From positions 11,334 through 75,333 of the forward strand of contig JANLFX010000003.1 in the NCBI GenBank assembly GCA_024653325.1: a stretch of DNA of 64,000 nucleotides, written 5' to 3'. The notes below the pieces were generated by a model. It saw nothing but the letters and a program-made list of their open reading frames with translations. It was not told the DNA's origin and did no database searches. This DNA comes from Anaerolineae bacterium. Its GTDB lineage: Bacteria; Chloroflexota; Anaerolineae; JACIWR01. The translations under genes and the position numbers were made by a program. How positions within the stretch are numbered: position 1 is the stretch's first letter; every line of letters starts with the position of its first letter. Below, in pieces: positions 54,771 through 64,000 of the stretch.

Positions 54771-56003
54771 ATGAAGAAGCTAGTTGGAATACTGACCATC
54801 ATGGTAGTCGCCAGCCTGCTGCTCACCGGCTGCCCCAAGGCTACCCCGGCCGCAGCCAAAGAGGTTAAGATTACCTTGTGGACCAAGGAAGGCGAGGCCG
54901 ATAACGCCCTGCAGTTCGTGAAGGCTCTATGCGACGCATACCATGCCCAACACGAGAACGTCACCTTCGAGGTGGTGAACAAGGATGTCGAGACCCTGCG
55001 GGAGGACTTCCAGACCGCCAGCCTGGCTGGCATGCCACCGGACCTGCTGTGGACGGTCAACGACCATGCCGGCCCCTTCACCACTGCCGACATCATCCAG
55101 CCGGTGGACAATCTGTTTGACCTGAGCAAGTATGTGGACTCAGCCGTGGCCGCCGTCAAGCTGAACGGCAAGACCTGGGGCGTGCCTATCGCCAACGGCA
55201 ACCACCTGATGCTGCTCTACAACAAGGACCTCATCGCCGAAGCGCCTAAGGACACTGATGAATTGTTCGCCAAAGGCAAGGAACTGGCCTCTGGCGAGCA
55301 GTACGGCCTGGTTTGGAACCAGACCGAGCCCTTCTGGCTGGTGCCCTGGCTGGGTGGCTTTGGCGGCGCGGTGTTCGCCGAGGATGGGAAGACCCCCACT
55401 CTCAACACCCCGGAGATGGTGGCTACCCTGAAGTTCCTGCATGACATGAAGTATGATGCCAAGATCATCCCACCAGAGAGCGACTATAACGGGGCTGATA
55501 CTCTCTTCAAAGAGGGCAAGGCAGCCATGATCATCAATGGTGACTGGTCCCTGGGTGGCTATAAAGATATTCTGGGTGACAAGCTGGGCGTGGCCCCCAT
55601 CCCCAAGGTCACGGCTACCGGCCAGTGGCCCAAGCCCTACACCAGTGGCGTGTTCTTTATGCTGCCCAAGGGTCTGTCCGGCGATAAGCTGGAAGTCGTC
55701 AAAGACTTCATCACCTTCGTCACCAACAAGGACAACCAGTTGGAGATGGTGAGAAAGCTGACCCGCCTGCCGGCCTTGAAGGAAGCGCTGAGTGACCCGC
55801 TGATCGCCAGTGACCCGATCCTGAAGGGCTCGGCTGAGCAGATGACCTACGGCACGCCGATGCCCACCGTCGTGGAGATGCGCTGCAACTGGGACGCCAT
55901 GAAGCCCGAGATGCAGGCTGTGCTGGCCGATACCAAGACCCCGCAGGACGCCGCTGCCGCCATGCAGGCAGCCGCCGAGGCTTGTATCGCTGCCCTGGAA
56001 TAG
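54771..56003 (+). CDS. Maltose/maltodextrin-type ABC substrate-binding lipoprotein
   Basis: AGGAGG RBS, lipobox LLTGC, LLYNKDL, AAMIINGDW. Confidence 0.9.
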   Translation: MKKLVGILTIMVVASLLLTGCPKATPAAAKEVKITLWTKEGEADNALQFVKALCDAYHAQHENVTFEVVNKDVETLREDFQTASLAGMPPDLLWTVNDHAGPFTTADIIQPVDNLFDLSKYVDSAVAAVKLNGKTWGVPIANGNHLMLLYNKDLIAEAPKDTDELFAKGKELASGEQYGLVWNQTEPFWLVPWLGGFGGAVFAEDGKTPTLNTPEMVATLKFLHDMKYDAKIIPPESDYNGADTLFKEGKAAMIINGDWSLGGYKDILGDKLGVAPIPKVTATGQWPKPYTSGVFFMLPKGLSGDKLEVVKDFITFVTNKDNQLEMVRKLTRLPALKEALSDPLIASDPILKGSAEQMTYGTPMPTVVEMRCNWDAMKPEMQAVLADTKTPQDAAAAMQAAAEACIAALE

Positions 56004-56020
56004 ACTGCTAAAGCGCTAGG

Positions 56021-56051
56021 GACGAGGAACGGGGAAACCCCGTTCCTCGTC
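56021..56051 (+). other. Perfect hairpin after the binding-protein gene (possible mRNA stabiliser)
   Basis: GACGAGGAACGGGG-AAA-CCCCGTTCCTCGTC. Confidence 0.65.
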
Positions 56052-56158
56052 TGCTTATCCGTGGCATACGGTCAACGTGCCGGAGGCCTGGGGTTGTTGA
56101 TGCCCCTGGCAGCGAAGGCCCCGGTAGCGGCTTGTGTTGGTAGGAAGGAGGTTTCTCG

Positions 56159-57178
56159 ATGGGAGGATTGACACCTCAAACTATCACCCGTAGCCTGGGA
56201 CAGGTGGGCATCACGGTTATCTTTATCCTGGTAGCCACCGTGGTGATTGAACTGGCTCTGTATTTTCTCCTGGGCAAAGCTTTGCGCAGTAAATACACGC
56301 TGCCCTTCATGCTGGTAGCCCCGGCAGCCATCGGCTTAGCTTTGTTGGTTGTGTACCCTATCGGTTTTGAGGTTGCTCTGGCTTTCAGTAACATGAGCCT
56401 GAAAACCTTTAAAAACCCCACCTTTGGGCTGGTTCAGGGGTGGAACAATTTCAAAACGGTTTTCACCCAGCCCGTGCTGAAACAGGTTGGTTTCTTCCCC
56501 ATTTTTTTCCACACAGTACTGTGGACGGTTATAAACCTGGTGTTTCACGTCACCGGGGGCATGGCCCTGGCTCTGTTGCTCAACCGCCCCATGCGCCTGC
56601 GCGGGCTTTACCGCACCCTCTTGGTCTTCCCCTGGGCCATCCCGCAGGTCATCGCCTGCCTGGCCTGGCGTGGGGAGTTCCACTTCGAGTACGGGTTTGT
56701 CAACGTCATGCTGACTCGTCTGGGCCTGACGCCTATCAAGTGGTTGACCAACCCTTTTTGGAACTTTGCTGCCATCTGTATTACTAACATCTGGCTGGGC
56801 ATCCCTTTCATGGCGGTCATCTTTCTCGGTGGGTTGCAGAGCATTCCCAGGGATATGTACGAGGCGGCGGAGATGGATGGCGCTTCCGCCTGGCAGCAGT
56901 TCCGTAATATTACTTTGCCGTTGATGCAGCCAGTGATGACCCCGGCCATTATCCTGGGCACTATCTGGACTTTCAACAATTTCAACGTGCCCTTTTTCAT
57001 CAATCAGAACGAGCTCGAGACGTCGGACATTCTGGTCACGGCCTTGTTCAGAGCGGCTTTTGAATACAACCGCTATGGCTTTTCTGCGGCCTTCGCCATC
57101 GTCATTTTCGCCATCCTGTTCATTTTCGCCGTGCTCTATATCCGCGCTACAGGCGGTCTGAAAGGGGTGTACGAATGA
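56159..57178 (+). CDS. Sugar ABC permease (MalF-like)
   Basis: TM helices; EAA loop YEAAEMDGAS. Confidence 0.93.
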   Translation: MGGLTPQTITRSLGQVGITVIFILVATVVIELALYFLLGKALRSKYTLPFMLVAPAAIGLALLVVYPIGFEVALAFSNMSLKTFKNPTFGLVQGWNNFKTVFTQPVLKQVGFFPIFFHTVLWTVINLVFHVTGGMALALLLNRPMRLRGLYRTLLVFPWAIPQVIACLAWRGEFHFEYGFVNVMLTRLGLTPIKWLTNPFWNFAAICITNIWLGIPFMAVIFLGGLQSIPRDMYEAAEMDGASAWQQFRNITLPLMQPVMTPAIILGTIWTFNNFNVPFFINQNELETSDILVTALFRAAFEYNRYGFSAAFAIVIFAILFIFAVLYIRATGGLKGVYE

Positions 57179-58068
57179 GTGCTCAAGCCAAGCTGCGTCA
57201 GGAAAGAACTGCGTTTTACCGCTTCTTTCATGCTGGCCGCGGGGACAGCCCCTTCAAACGGTTGCTGATTCACCTGGCTTTGATTTTTTCCTGTGTCGTC
57301 GCCGTTTACCCTGTGCTGCGTGTATTCAGCGTCTCCCTCCGTCCAGGCAACCGGCTGCTATCCACTTCGCTGGCCATCATTCCCGACGACGCCTCCCTCG
57401 GCAACTACATCAGGTTGCTTACCGAGAAGGATTTCCTGCTCTGGATCTGGAACAGCCTGGTCATCACGATGGCCACGGCCATCATCGGCGTGATCCTGGC
57501 TGCCACTTCAGCCTACGCTTTCTCGCGCTGGAAATTCCCTGGCCGGTCGGCGGGATTGGTCTTCCTGCTTACCACCCAGATGATCCCTGCGGCCATGCTG
57601 ATGGTTCCTATTTACATCATGGCTGCCCGTCTCAAGTTGATCAATACCTACATAGGTTTGACGATAGCCTATTGTGTCAGTTCAGTGCCTTTCAGCATCT
57701 GGATTCTAAAAGGCTATTACGACACCGTTCCCATTGACCTGGAAGAAGCCGCTGAGATAGACGGCTGTTCAAAAATATCCTCTTTTCTGCGTGTGTTGTT
57801 GCCCCTTTCTACCCCGGCCCTGGCCATTGTCTTCCTGTTCAATTTTATGACCGCCTGGAATGACTTCATGCTGGCCCGCATCATGCTACAGCAAGAGGCG
57901 ATGCTGACCTGGACGTTGGGTTTGCAGCGCCTGCAGGGCCAATTTCAGACCGAGTGGGGCATGTTCGCCGCCGCTTCCATCCTGGTCATGGTGCCGGTCA
58001 TGTCCCTGTTCTTGTATTCCAGCAAGTGGCTGATCTCCGGTCTGACCCTGGGGGCGGTGAAGGGCTAG
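57175..58068 (+). CDS. Sugar ABC permease (MalG-like)
   Basis: LEEAAEIDGCS; ends GLTLGAVKG. Confidence 0.93.
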   Translation: MSAQAKLRQERTAFYRFFHAGRGDSPFKRLLIHLALIFSCVVAVYPVLRVFSVSLRPGNRLLSTSLAIIPDDASLGNYIRLLTEKDFLLWIWNSLVITMATAIIGVILAATSAYAFSRWKFPGRSAGLVFLLTTQMIPAAMLMVPIYIMAARLKLINTYIGLTIAYCVSSVPFSIWILKGYYDTVPIDLEEAAEIDGCSKISSFLRVLLPLSTPALAIVFLFNFMTAWNDFMLARIMLQQEAMLTWTLGLQRLQGQFQTEWGMFAAASILVMVPVMSLFLYSSKWLISGLTLGAVKG

Positions 58069-58180
58069 TCGCTGGTTACTGGCTGCTGGTCAAGTGTTGG
58101 GCATGCTCTCCCGACCGTGCCCCTGACCGGTCAGGAGACCGGCCAGAAGCGTTTTTCGGAGAAGATACCGGGAGAGATAG

Positions 58181-60400
58181 ATGCAATCCACTCATAGCAT
58201 AACCGAGACCGAAGAGCGCATCGTGCTCTGTACACCCTATCTGGAGATAGGCTTCTCCAAGAAGAACGGGGCTTTGAATCTGTTGTGTCCGCCCGGCGCC
58301 GACGGGAACTGGATCGGTCACGGCGAGCCCATCGCCACCCTGGACGCCCGATTAGGCACGCGCTGGCTGGGAACGGAACATGCGGCACGCTTCCTTGCCC
58401 ACACCATCGAGCCGGTAACAGAAGGGGTGAAGTTCAGCGTTTCGGTTGAGCTGGGCCCGCTGCGCCTGCACGACGTGTACACCATCAGCGGGTCACTGAT
58501 CGAGCGGCGAATCGTGGTGGAAAACGCGGGCGACGCCGAGGTGCAGCTCAACGGTGTGCGGCTCATCGTGCCCTGGGCTTGCATCAGTGCGCCGGACGGG
58601 TGTCGGTTCGAGGCTCCGGGCACGGCGGTGCGCCCCCGTCTGCCCCTGGCGGTAGCCGCGCGGGAACGGCTTGGCCGTTCACCCAGTGAGGAGTTCGCGC
58701 CTGCCGCCCCGGCACGGTGGGGGCTGGCCATGGAGGATGCCCCCGATTGCACGCCGGGGTTGCTGGCCGTGCACCATGCAGCTAGCAGCGAGACCCTTCT
58801 GTGCTGGTACTCCAGCGAGGTCGAGGCTGGTACGCCCCGCGTGGACGGCAACGGCGTCGCGGTCAGCCTGATCCACGAGCCGATCCTGGCCGGATGGCTG
58901 GCTCCGGGCCGGTCACTGGCGGGCGGCTCGCAGTTCCTCCTGTTGCATCATGGCTCGTGGGACGAAGCGCTGTCCGCCTTCCGCGCTCACTATCAGCGCG
59001 TCGGCATCCTGCCCCCGCTCTACGGCTGCCCGCCCGCCTGGGTGCGGGAGGCGGCTATTTATGAGGTACACCCAGGTCAGTTCAGCGGCTTCCGTGGCCT
59101 GGCCGAGGCCCTGCCGCGTCTGCGGGAAATGGGCATCAACACCTTGTATCTGATGCCCATCTGGACCTACGACAACCGCAACGGCCAAATCTGGGACGAG
59201 AACTGGACGGGCAGCGGCAGCCCTTATGCCATGCGCGACTTCGAGCAATTCGAGCCGACGCTGGGCAGCGGTGAGGACTTCCGCCATCTGGTGAACGAGG
59301 CCCATCGCCTGGGGATGCGCCTGCTGCTGGATTTCGTAGCCCAAGGCTGCGCCCTGGATGCGCGCTACGTGAGCGAGCATCCGGAGTGGTTCTGCCGCGA
59401 CGAGGCGGGCAGCCTGGTCTCTTCCCACGGCTGGATTGACACCTACTCCTTCGATTGGGCCAATCCCGACTACCACGATTACATGCTGGGCTGGAGTCTG
59501 CGCCTGCTGTGCGAGTACGGCTTCGACGGCTATCGCGTGGATGCTCCACATGGCAAAGAGCCCAACTGGGACCGGCGTATCCCTTATCACGCCAGCGCCA
59601 CCAACCTGGGCGTGTTGCGCCTGCTGGAACGGCTGCAAAAGGGTATCAAAGAAATTAACCCCCAGGCCGTGCTGCTGTGCGAGCTTTTCGGTCCGGTCTT
59701 CGTCAAATCGCACGACCTGGCCTACGATTACCTACCCTGTGTCCAGACCTACCAGCTCCTGCAGCAGCGACTCACCCCCTGGGAGTGGGGTGAGTGGGTG
59801 CGCGATCATTTCGCCTCCCTGCCGGAAGATGCGGTGCGCGTCTGTTTCGTGGAGACGCACGACACGCGAAGCTTCCAGCCACCAGCCTACGGCTGGCGCG
59901 GCTCGCAGCTCAGCCGGGCGGGGTTCGCCGCCCTGCTGCTGGCCGGATTCGTGCCCATGATCTGGAGTGGGCAGGAGCAGGGTCAGGAGGACTTCTACCG
60001 CCACCTGCTGCGGGCGCGGCGGGAATCGGTGGCGCTGCGGGAAGGGGAAAGACTGTTCAACGCTGTCGGTTGCGATAACGAATGGGTGCTCAGCATCGTC
60101 CGCCGCCACAAAAGTGAAGTGGTGTGGGGCGTGATCAACCTCTGGCCGGAGAAGCGCACCCACCGTTTTGAGTTCCCTGTAGCCGAGTTAGGATTGGACT
60201 TCCAGGCCCGTTACCGCCTGCACGACCTGGTCAGCGGGCGCGATTGGCACGAGTACGGCCAGACGGCCTGGACCGGTGAAGAACTGGCCCGCTGCCTGCT
60301 GACGCCGCAGCCGTTCGTGCCTTACTTCTTCGCCTTTGCAGGTGACCGGCACCTTGGAGGTGCCGGTCACCTGGACAGAATCAGGAGGTCGAAGCGATGA
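58181..60400 (+). CDS. GH13 alpha-amylase-family protein with an unrecognised N-terminal domain
   Basis: MGINTLYLMPI, GFDGYRVD, LLCE, ETHD. Confidence 0.85.
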   Translation: MQSTHSITETEERIVLCTPYLEIGFSKKNGALNLLCPPGADGNWIGHGEPIATLDARLGTRWLGTEHAARFLAHTIEPVTEGVKFSVSVELGPLRLHDVYTISGSLIERRIVVENAGDAEVQLNGVRLIVPWACISAPDGCRFEAPGTAVRPRLPLAVAARERLGRSPSEEFAPAAPARWGLAMEDAPDCTPGLLAVHHAASSETLLCWYSSEVEAGTPRVDGNGVAVSLIHEPILAGWLAPGRSLAGGSQFLLLHHGSWDEALSAFRAHYQRVGILPPLYGCPPAWVREAAIYEVHPGQFSGFRGLAEALPRLREMGINTLYLMPIWTYDNRNGQIWDENWTGSGSPYAMRDFEQFEPTLGSGEDFRHLVNEAHRLGMRLLLDFVAQGCALDARYVSEHPEWFCRDEAGSLVSSHGWIDTYSFDWANPDYHDYMLGWSLRLLCEYGFDGYRVDAPHGKEPNWDRRIPYHASATNLGVLRLLERLQKGIKEINPQAVLLCELFGPVFVKSHDLAYDYLPCVQTYQLLQQRLTPWEWGEWVRDHFASLPEDAVRVCFVETHDTRSFQPPAYGWRGSQLSRAGFAALLLAGFVPMIWSGQEQGQEDFYRHLLRARRESVALREGERLFNAVGCDNEWVLSIVRRHKSEVVWGVINLWPEKRTHRFEFPVAELGLDFQARYRLHDLVSGRDWHEYGQTAWTGEELARCLLTPQPFVPYFFAFAGDRHLGGAGHLDRIRRSKR

Positions 60401-63400
60401 AACGCTGGTCTATACTTTTACTTGTGGGTTTGATGCTGGCCGCAAATCTGCTGGGCGGCTGCCAGCCCAAGAAGCAACCCCTGTACGTGATGCTGATGTG
60501 GCACCAGCATCAACCCTATTACGCCCCGGACGAAAACGGCGTCTTCACCCGGCCCTGGGTGCGCGTGCACGCCACCAAAGATTACTACGACATGGCTGCT
60601 ATCCTCAAGGACTACCCCAAGGGGCATATTACTTTTAACCTGACACCCGTGCTCATCCGCCAACTGGACGAACTGGCCGCTGGGGCCAAAGATAACTACT
60701 GGGTGCTGGCCGAGAAGCCCGCTGCCGAGCTAACCGACGACGAGAAGCGCTTCATCCTACGCCGCTTCTTCGACGCCAACTGGGACAACATCATCGGGCG
60801 CTTCCCTCGTTACAAGGAACTGCTGGACAAACGAGGTGGCAGCGACGAGGCGGCCATCGAAGCCGCACTGTCCAGCTTCAGCGAACAGGACTTCCGCGAC
60901 CTGCAAGTGTGGTTCAATCTGGCCTGGTTCGACCCTGATTTCCTGGCCGAGGAGCCGTTGAAGAGCCTAGTGGATAAGGGCCGCGACTTCAGCGAGGCCG
61001 ACAAGGCGGTCATCTTCGATAAGGCGCGGGAGGTCATTGAGGCAGTTATTCCCTTGCACAAAGAACTGCAAGACAAAGGCCAGATAGAAGTGGCCATCAC
61101 CCCGTATGCCCACCCCATCCTGCCCCTTATCTACAACAGCGATCTGGCCGCCATTGGCGACCCGGCGGCGGAACTGCCGGAGCGCTTCTCCTACCCGCCG
61201 GACGTGGTGGCCCATCTGACGCGAGCGGCGGAGGTTTACCAGGCCCACTACGGGCGCCAGCAGCGCGGCCTGTGGCCTGGCGAGGGAGCGGTGGCTCAGG
61301 ACATCGTCAAAATGGTGGCCGAAGCTGGTTTCACCTGGATAGCCAGCGGCGAGCACGTCCTGGCCAAATCCCTGGGCCTGGACGGCTTCACCCGCGATAG
61401 CCAGGAGGTCGTTCAGGAGGCCGATGCCCTGTATCGCCCTTACTACGTGCGCTACCAGGACGGGCCGCGGGTAGCCGTCTTCTTCCGTGACCTGCGCCTC
61501 TCGGATTTGATTGGCTTCGAGTACTCCAATTGGGATGGCGAGCAAGCCGCCGACGATCTCATCGCCCGCCTGCAGGCCATCAAAGCCCGCCTGGATGAGG
61601 AGGGTGCTCAGGGGCCACACGTGGTCAGCATCATTTTGGATGGGGAAAACGCCTGGGAGTACTACCCTAACGACGGTAAGGCTTTCCTGCACGCCCTGTA
61701 CGACCGGCTGGGCAACACCCCCGGCATCCAGACCATCACGCCCTCTGAGTACATCAAAAAATTCCCGCAGCAGCGCGAGATCGAAAACCTGTGGCCCGGA
61801 GCGTGGTTTAGTTCCGACTACGGCACCTGGATCGGCGAACCAGAGGAAGCTCAGGCCTGGGCTCTCTTGGGTAAGACGCGCAACATGCTGGCCGCCTACG
61901 ACCTCTTCAAGCGCAAGACAGCTCCTCCCGAGGTTTTGAACGAAGCCCTCGATTGGATGTACCTGGCCGAAGGGTCGGACTGGTTCTGGTGGTACGGCGC
62001 GGACCAGGATTCGGGCCAGGACGAGTACTTCGACGGTATTTTCCGCACCCTGCAAAGGAAAGTCTACGAGACGCTGGGCGAGCCGGTGCCGGACGCTCTG
62101 GCGGTGCCCATCATTCCGGCCAAGGCTGTCCCTCCCACGCGGGGCGCGACCGGCGTCATCTCGCCAACGGTAGACGGGCGGGTCGAGCCCGCCGATGAAT
62201 GGGATGCCGCCGGATATTATGAAGTGAGCGGTGGAGCGCAGGCCCGCGCCGAGGACGTGGTCAGCGCCTTGTATTACGGCTACGACGCCAAAAATCTCTA
62301 CTTCCGCCTGGACACCCGCCAGAACTGGGCGGACCTGGGCAGCCCGCTTTACGCAGGGGTTTACTTTTCCGTGCCCCGCGCCGAGGCGACCATTCCCTTC
62401 TCGCGGCTGGGGGCAGCCACTGAGCCCAAGACCCTGTTGGGCTTTCAGGCCAGCCATTTGGCCGAGGTGAAAATCTCGAACGGACAGGCCGAGGCCAGCC
62501 TGTTCACCGCCGATAAGTTCGGCAACTGGGCCAGCCCGCAGGGCCTGCCGGCAGTGGCCGTGACGGGCAAAGTGCTGGAGTGGGCTGTGCCTTTCGAGCT
62601 GCTGGGCGAGGTGGAGGCCGGCGACATCATGAACCTGGTGACCATCGCCAGCCTGGGTGAGCGCGACGTGCAGAGCGTGCCCGCTACCGGCCCCGTGCAG
62701 GTGATCATCCCCGACCTGGGCAAGACCACCGTGGTTCTTTCCGTGGACGACCCGGCGAACGACGATCACGGCCCCGGCAGCTACACCTACCCCACCGACG
62801 GTGTCTTCGAGCCGCAAGTTTTCGATTTGCAGCAGTTCACCGTGGGTTACGACGAGAAGAACCTGGTATGCAAGTTCAAGATGTATGGTCCCATCAACAA
62901 CGTATGGGGTTCGCCCATCAACCTCTCGGTGCAGACCTTTGACGTGTACATTGACACCGACCCTGGGGCTGGTACCGGCAGCCGCTTGCTGCTGGAGGGC
63001 CGCAACGCCGCTTTGATCGAGGGTAACGGCTGGGATTACGCCATCTGGGTGGAGGGCTGGCATCAGAAAGTGATCCGCCCCGACGCGCAGGGCAAACCGC
63101 AGGACATGAGCGGCGTGGGGATCAAGGTCATCGTGGACCCGGCCCAGCAGCAGGTAACCATCCGCGTGCCGCTGAGCGTCTTCGGCGAGGGGGCTGATCC
63201 GACAAAGTGGGGTTACGCAGCGGCGGTGCTCAGCCAGGACGGGTTCCCCTCGCCGGGGGTGCGCCGCGTGCGCGACATCCTGCCCAGCGCCGAACAGTGG
63301 CGTTGCGGCGGTGCTCCCGACGATACTAACCACACCCGCATCATGGACCTGGCCTGGCCGGCTGGGGTATCTCCCACCCAGGAGGAAATGCTCAGCACCT

Positions 63401-63477
63401 ATCCCGCCTCGCAAGAGAAGAACATGGATGCCCTGAGCGCGGACGACTTTGCACAAGTGGAGCTCTTGAGGCCATAA
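60397..63477 (+). CDS. GH57 amylopullulanase-like lipoprotein with C-terminal glucodextranase/DOMON-like domains
   Basis: Lipobox LLGGC; WHQHQP, HPILPL, WPGEG, LDGENAW, AEGSDWFWW; DDHGPGSYTYPT. Confidence 0.93.
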   Translation: MKRWSILLLVGLMLAANLLGGCQPKKQPLYVMLMWHQHQPYYAPDENGVFTRPWVRVHATKDYYDMAAILKDYPKGHITFNLTPVLIRQLDELAAGAKDNYWVLAEKPAAELTDDEKRFILRRFFDANWDNIIGRFPRYKELLDKRGGSDEAAIEAALSSFSEQDFRDLQVWFNLAWFDPDFLAEEPLKSLVDKGRDFSEADKAVIFDKAREVIEAVIPLHKELQDKGQIEVAITPYAHPILPLIYNSDLAAIGDPAAELPERFSYPPDVVAHLTRAAEVYQAHYGRQQRGLWPGEGAVAQDIVKMVAEAGFTWIASGEHVLAKSLGLDGFTRDSQEVVQEADALYRPYYVRYQDGPRVAVFFRDLRLSDLIGFEYSNWDGEQAADDLIARLQAIKARLDEEGAQGPHVVSIILDGENAWEYYPNDGKAFLHALYDRLGNTPGIQTITPSEYIKKFPQQREIENLWPGAWFSSDYGTWIGEPEEAQAWALLGKTRNMLAAYDLFKRKTAPPEVLNEALDWMYLAEGSDWFWWYGADQDSGQDEYFDGIFRTLQRKVYETLGEPVPDALAVPIIPAKAVPPTRGATGVISPTVDGRVEPADEWDAAGYYEVSGGAQARAEDVVSALYYGYDAKNLYFRLDTRQNWADLGSPLYAGVYFSVPRAEATIPFSRLGAATEPKTLLGFQASHLAEVKISNGQAEASLFTADKFGNWASPQGLPAVAVTGKVLEWAVPFELLGEVEAGDIMNLVTIASLGERDVQSVPATGPVQVIIPDLGKTTVVLSVDDPANDDHGPGSYTYPTDGVFEPQVFDLQQFTVGYDEKNLVCKFKMYGPINNVWGSPINLSVQTFDVYIDTDPGAGTGSRLLLEGRNAALIEGNGWDYAIWVEGWHQKVIRPDAQGKPQDMSGVGIKVIVDPAQQQVTIRVPLSVFGEGADPTKWGYAAAVLSQDGFPSPGVRRVRDILPSAEQWRCGGAPDDTNHTRIMDLAWPAGVSPTQEEMLSTYPASQEKNMDALSADDFAQVELLRP

Positions 63478-63480
63478 CAG

Positions 63481-63518
63481 AAAGGTGCGACGCACTTCCA
63501 AAAGTGCGTCGCACCTTT
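63481..63518. repeat. AGGTG...CACCT family palindrome
   Basis: AAAGGTGCGACGCACTTCCAAAAGTGCGTCGCACCTTT. Confidence 0.75.
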
Positions 63519-63740
63519 GCCTAAAGGCGTGGGGTCCTCGACTGTTCGAAAGACTAAGGTGTACAGCCAAGTAGCAAAGGCTAAATACAACCCTAGTTTA
63601 CACCTTTCTAGAAATTCAGTGGCATAATCATATAGCCACTGCTTCCAATCAGGCGTCCGAGTAGGTCTCGGGGTTCGAGACTGCTCCCGGGGAAGCATAC
63701 TATTTGCTCCCCAGGAGGCTAGCACTTAAGAAGTGAAAGA

Positions 63741-63768
63741 GTGGGGGCACGGCGCGCCGTGCCCCCAC
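63741..63768. repeat. REP-like perfect palindrome
   Basis: GTGGGGGCACGGCGCGCCGTGCCCCCAC. Confidence 0.7.
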
Positions 63769-63783
63769 GTTTCCTTTGCTACT

Positions 63784-63830
63784 GTAATAACGACCTCAGT
63801 CGTTCTGAAAGCGACTAAAGTCGTTACTAT
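63784..63830. repeat. Degenerate REP doublet (15114/41757 family)
   Basis: GTAATAACGACCTCAGTCGTT...GCGACTAAAGTCGTTACTAT. Confidence 0.7.
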
Positions 63831-63897
63831 GACCGCTTTTCCACTAAGTATCTTCGCGTTCTTTGCGTGCTCCGCGTGAGGATAAGGCAAGACTTCG

Positions 63898-64000
63898 CTA
63901 AGGCCAGGTGATTGTGGTCCGCGCCTGGATGCGTCGTCGGGCGAACCAGGCTCGCACCCGGTCGTAAATACCCACCAGCGTGCGGAAGAAACGGGCCACC
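63898..64000 (-). CDS. Possible 3' end of a gene entering from the right
   Basis: Open frame ...VARFFRTLVGIYDRVRAWFARRRIQARTTITWP* with coding-like GC content. Confidence 0.4.
   Translation of the reverse strand, partial: VARFFRTLVGIYDRVRAWFARRRIQARTTITWP

Noticed and set aside
60967..63570. 867-aa minus-strand ORF (also 33203..34723, 7122..8402, 5360..6319 and similar)
   Set aside because: Antisense shadows of well-supported genes, expected from GC-rich codon bias; no recognisable motifs.
63399..63725. 108-aa minus-strand ORF
   Set aside because: Overlaps the GH57 3' end and a palindromic repeat, has a weak start and no RBS; the region is better explained as structured noncoding DNA.

Overview
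A moderately GC-rich bacterial chromosome segment, probably Chloroflexota (Anaerolineae-like); this taxonomy is inferred from protein signatures and intergenic repeat style, not searched. 1-25.5 kb is accessory and housekeeping: the end of a GGDEF gene, a small membrane protein, a TPR protein and a Pro/Thr-rich surface protein; prfA-prmC-HAD-tsaC-GT4; a phosphate acyltransferase and an M20 amidohydrolase; a zinc-ribbon/class III cyclase/ATPase/TPR protein divergent from a secreted S8 protease ending in 10 exact GYATWSG repeats; a GT-C glycosyltransferase, a lipoprotein, lon, folC and an ECF sigma factor. 26-53 kb holds rpoB, followed directly by the str-S10-spc-alpha cluster and truA-rplM-rpsI; rpoC and infA are absent from their usual positions. 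53-63.5 kb is a ROK-regulated alpha-glucan locus (ABC transporter, GH13, GH57). Intergenic DNA carries several REP-like palindrome families and degenerate 7-9 bp repeats. Best leads: the S8 heptapeptide-repeat/cyclase-TPR divergon, an EF-Tu with a rewritten switch I, rpoB uncoupled from rpoC with a structured leader, paralogous membrane anchors in the GGDEF operon, and a hairpin-dense noncoding element at about 63.5-63.7 kb. No rRNA, tRNA or CRISPR array was seen. All calls are by eye, with no database searches.
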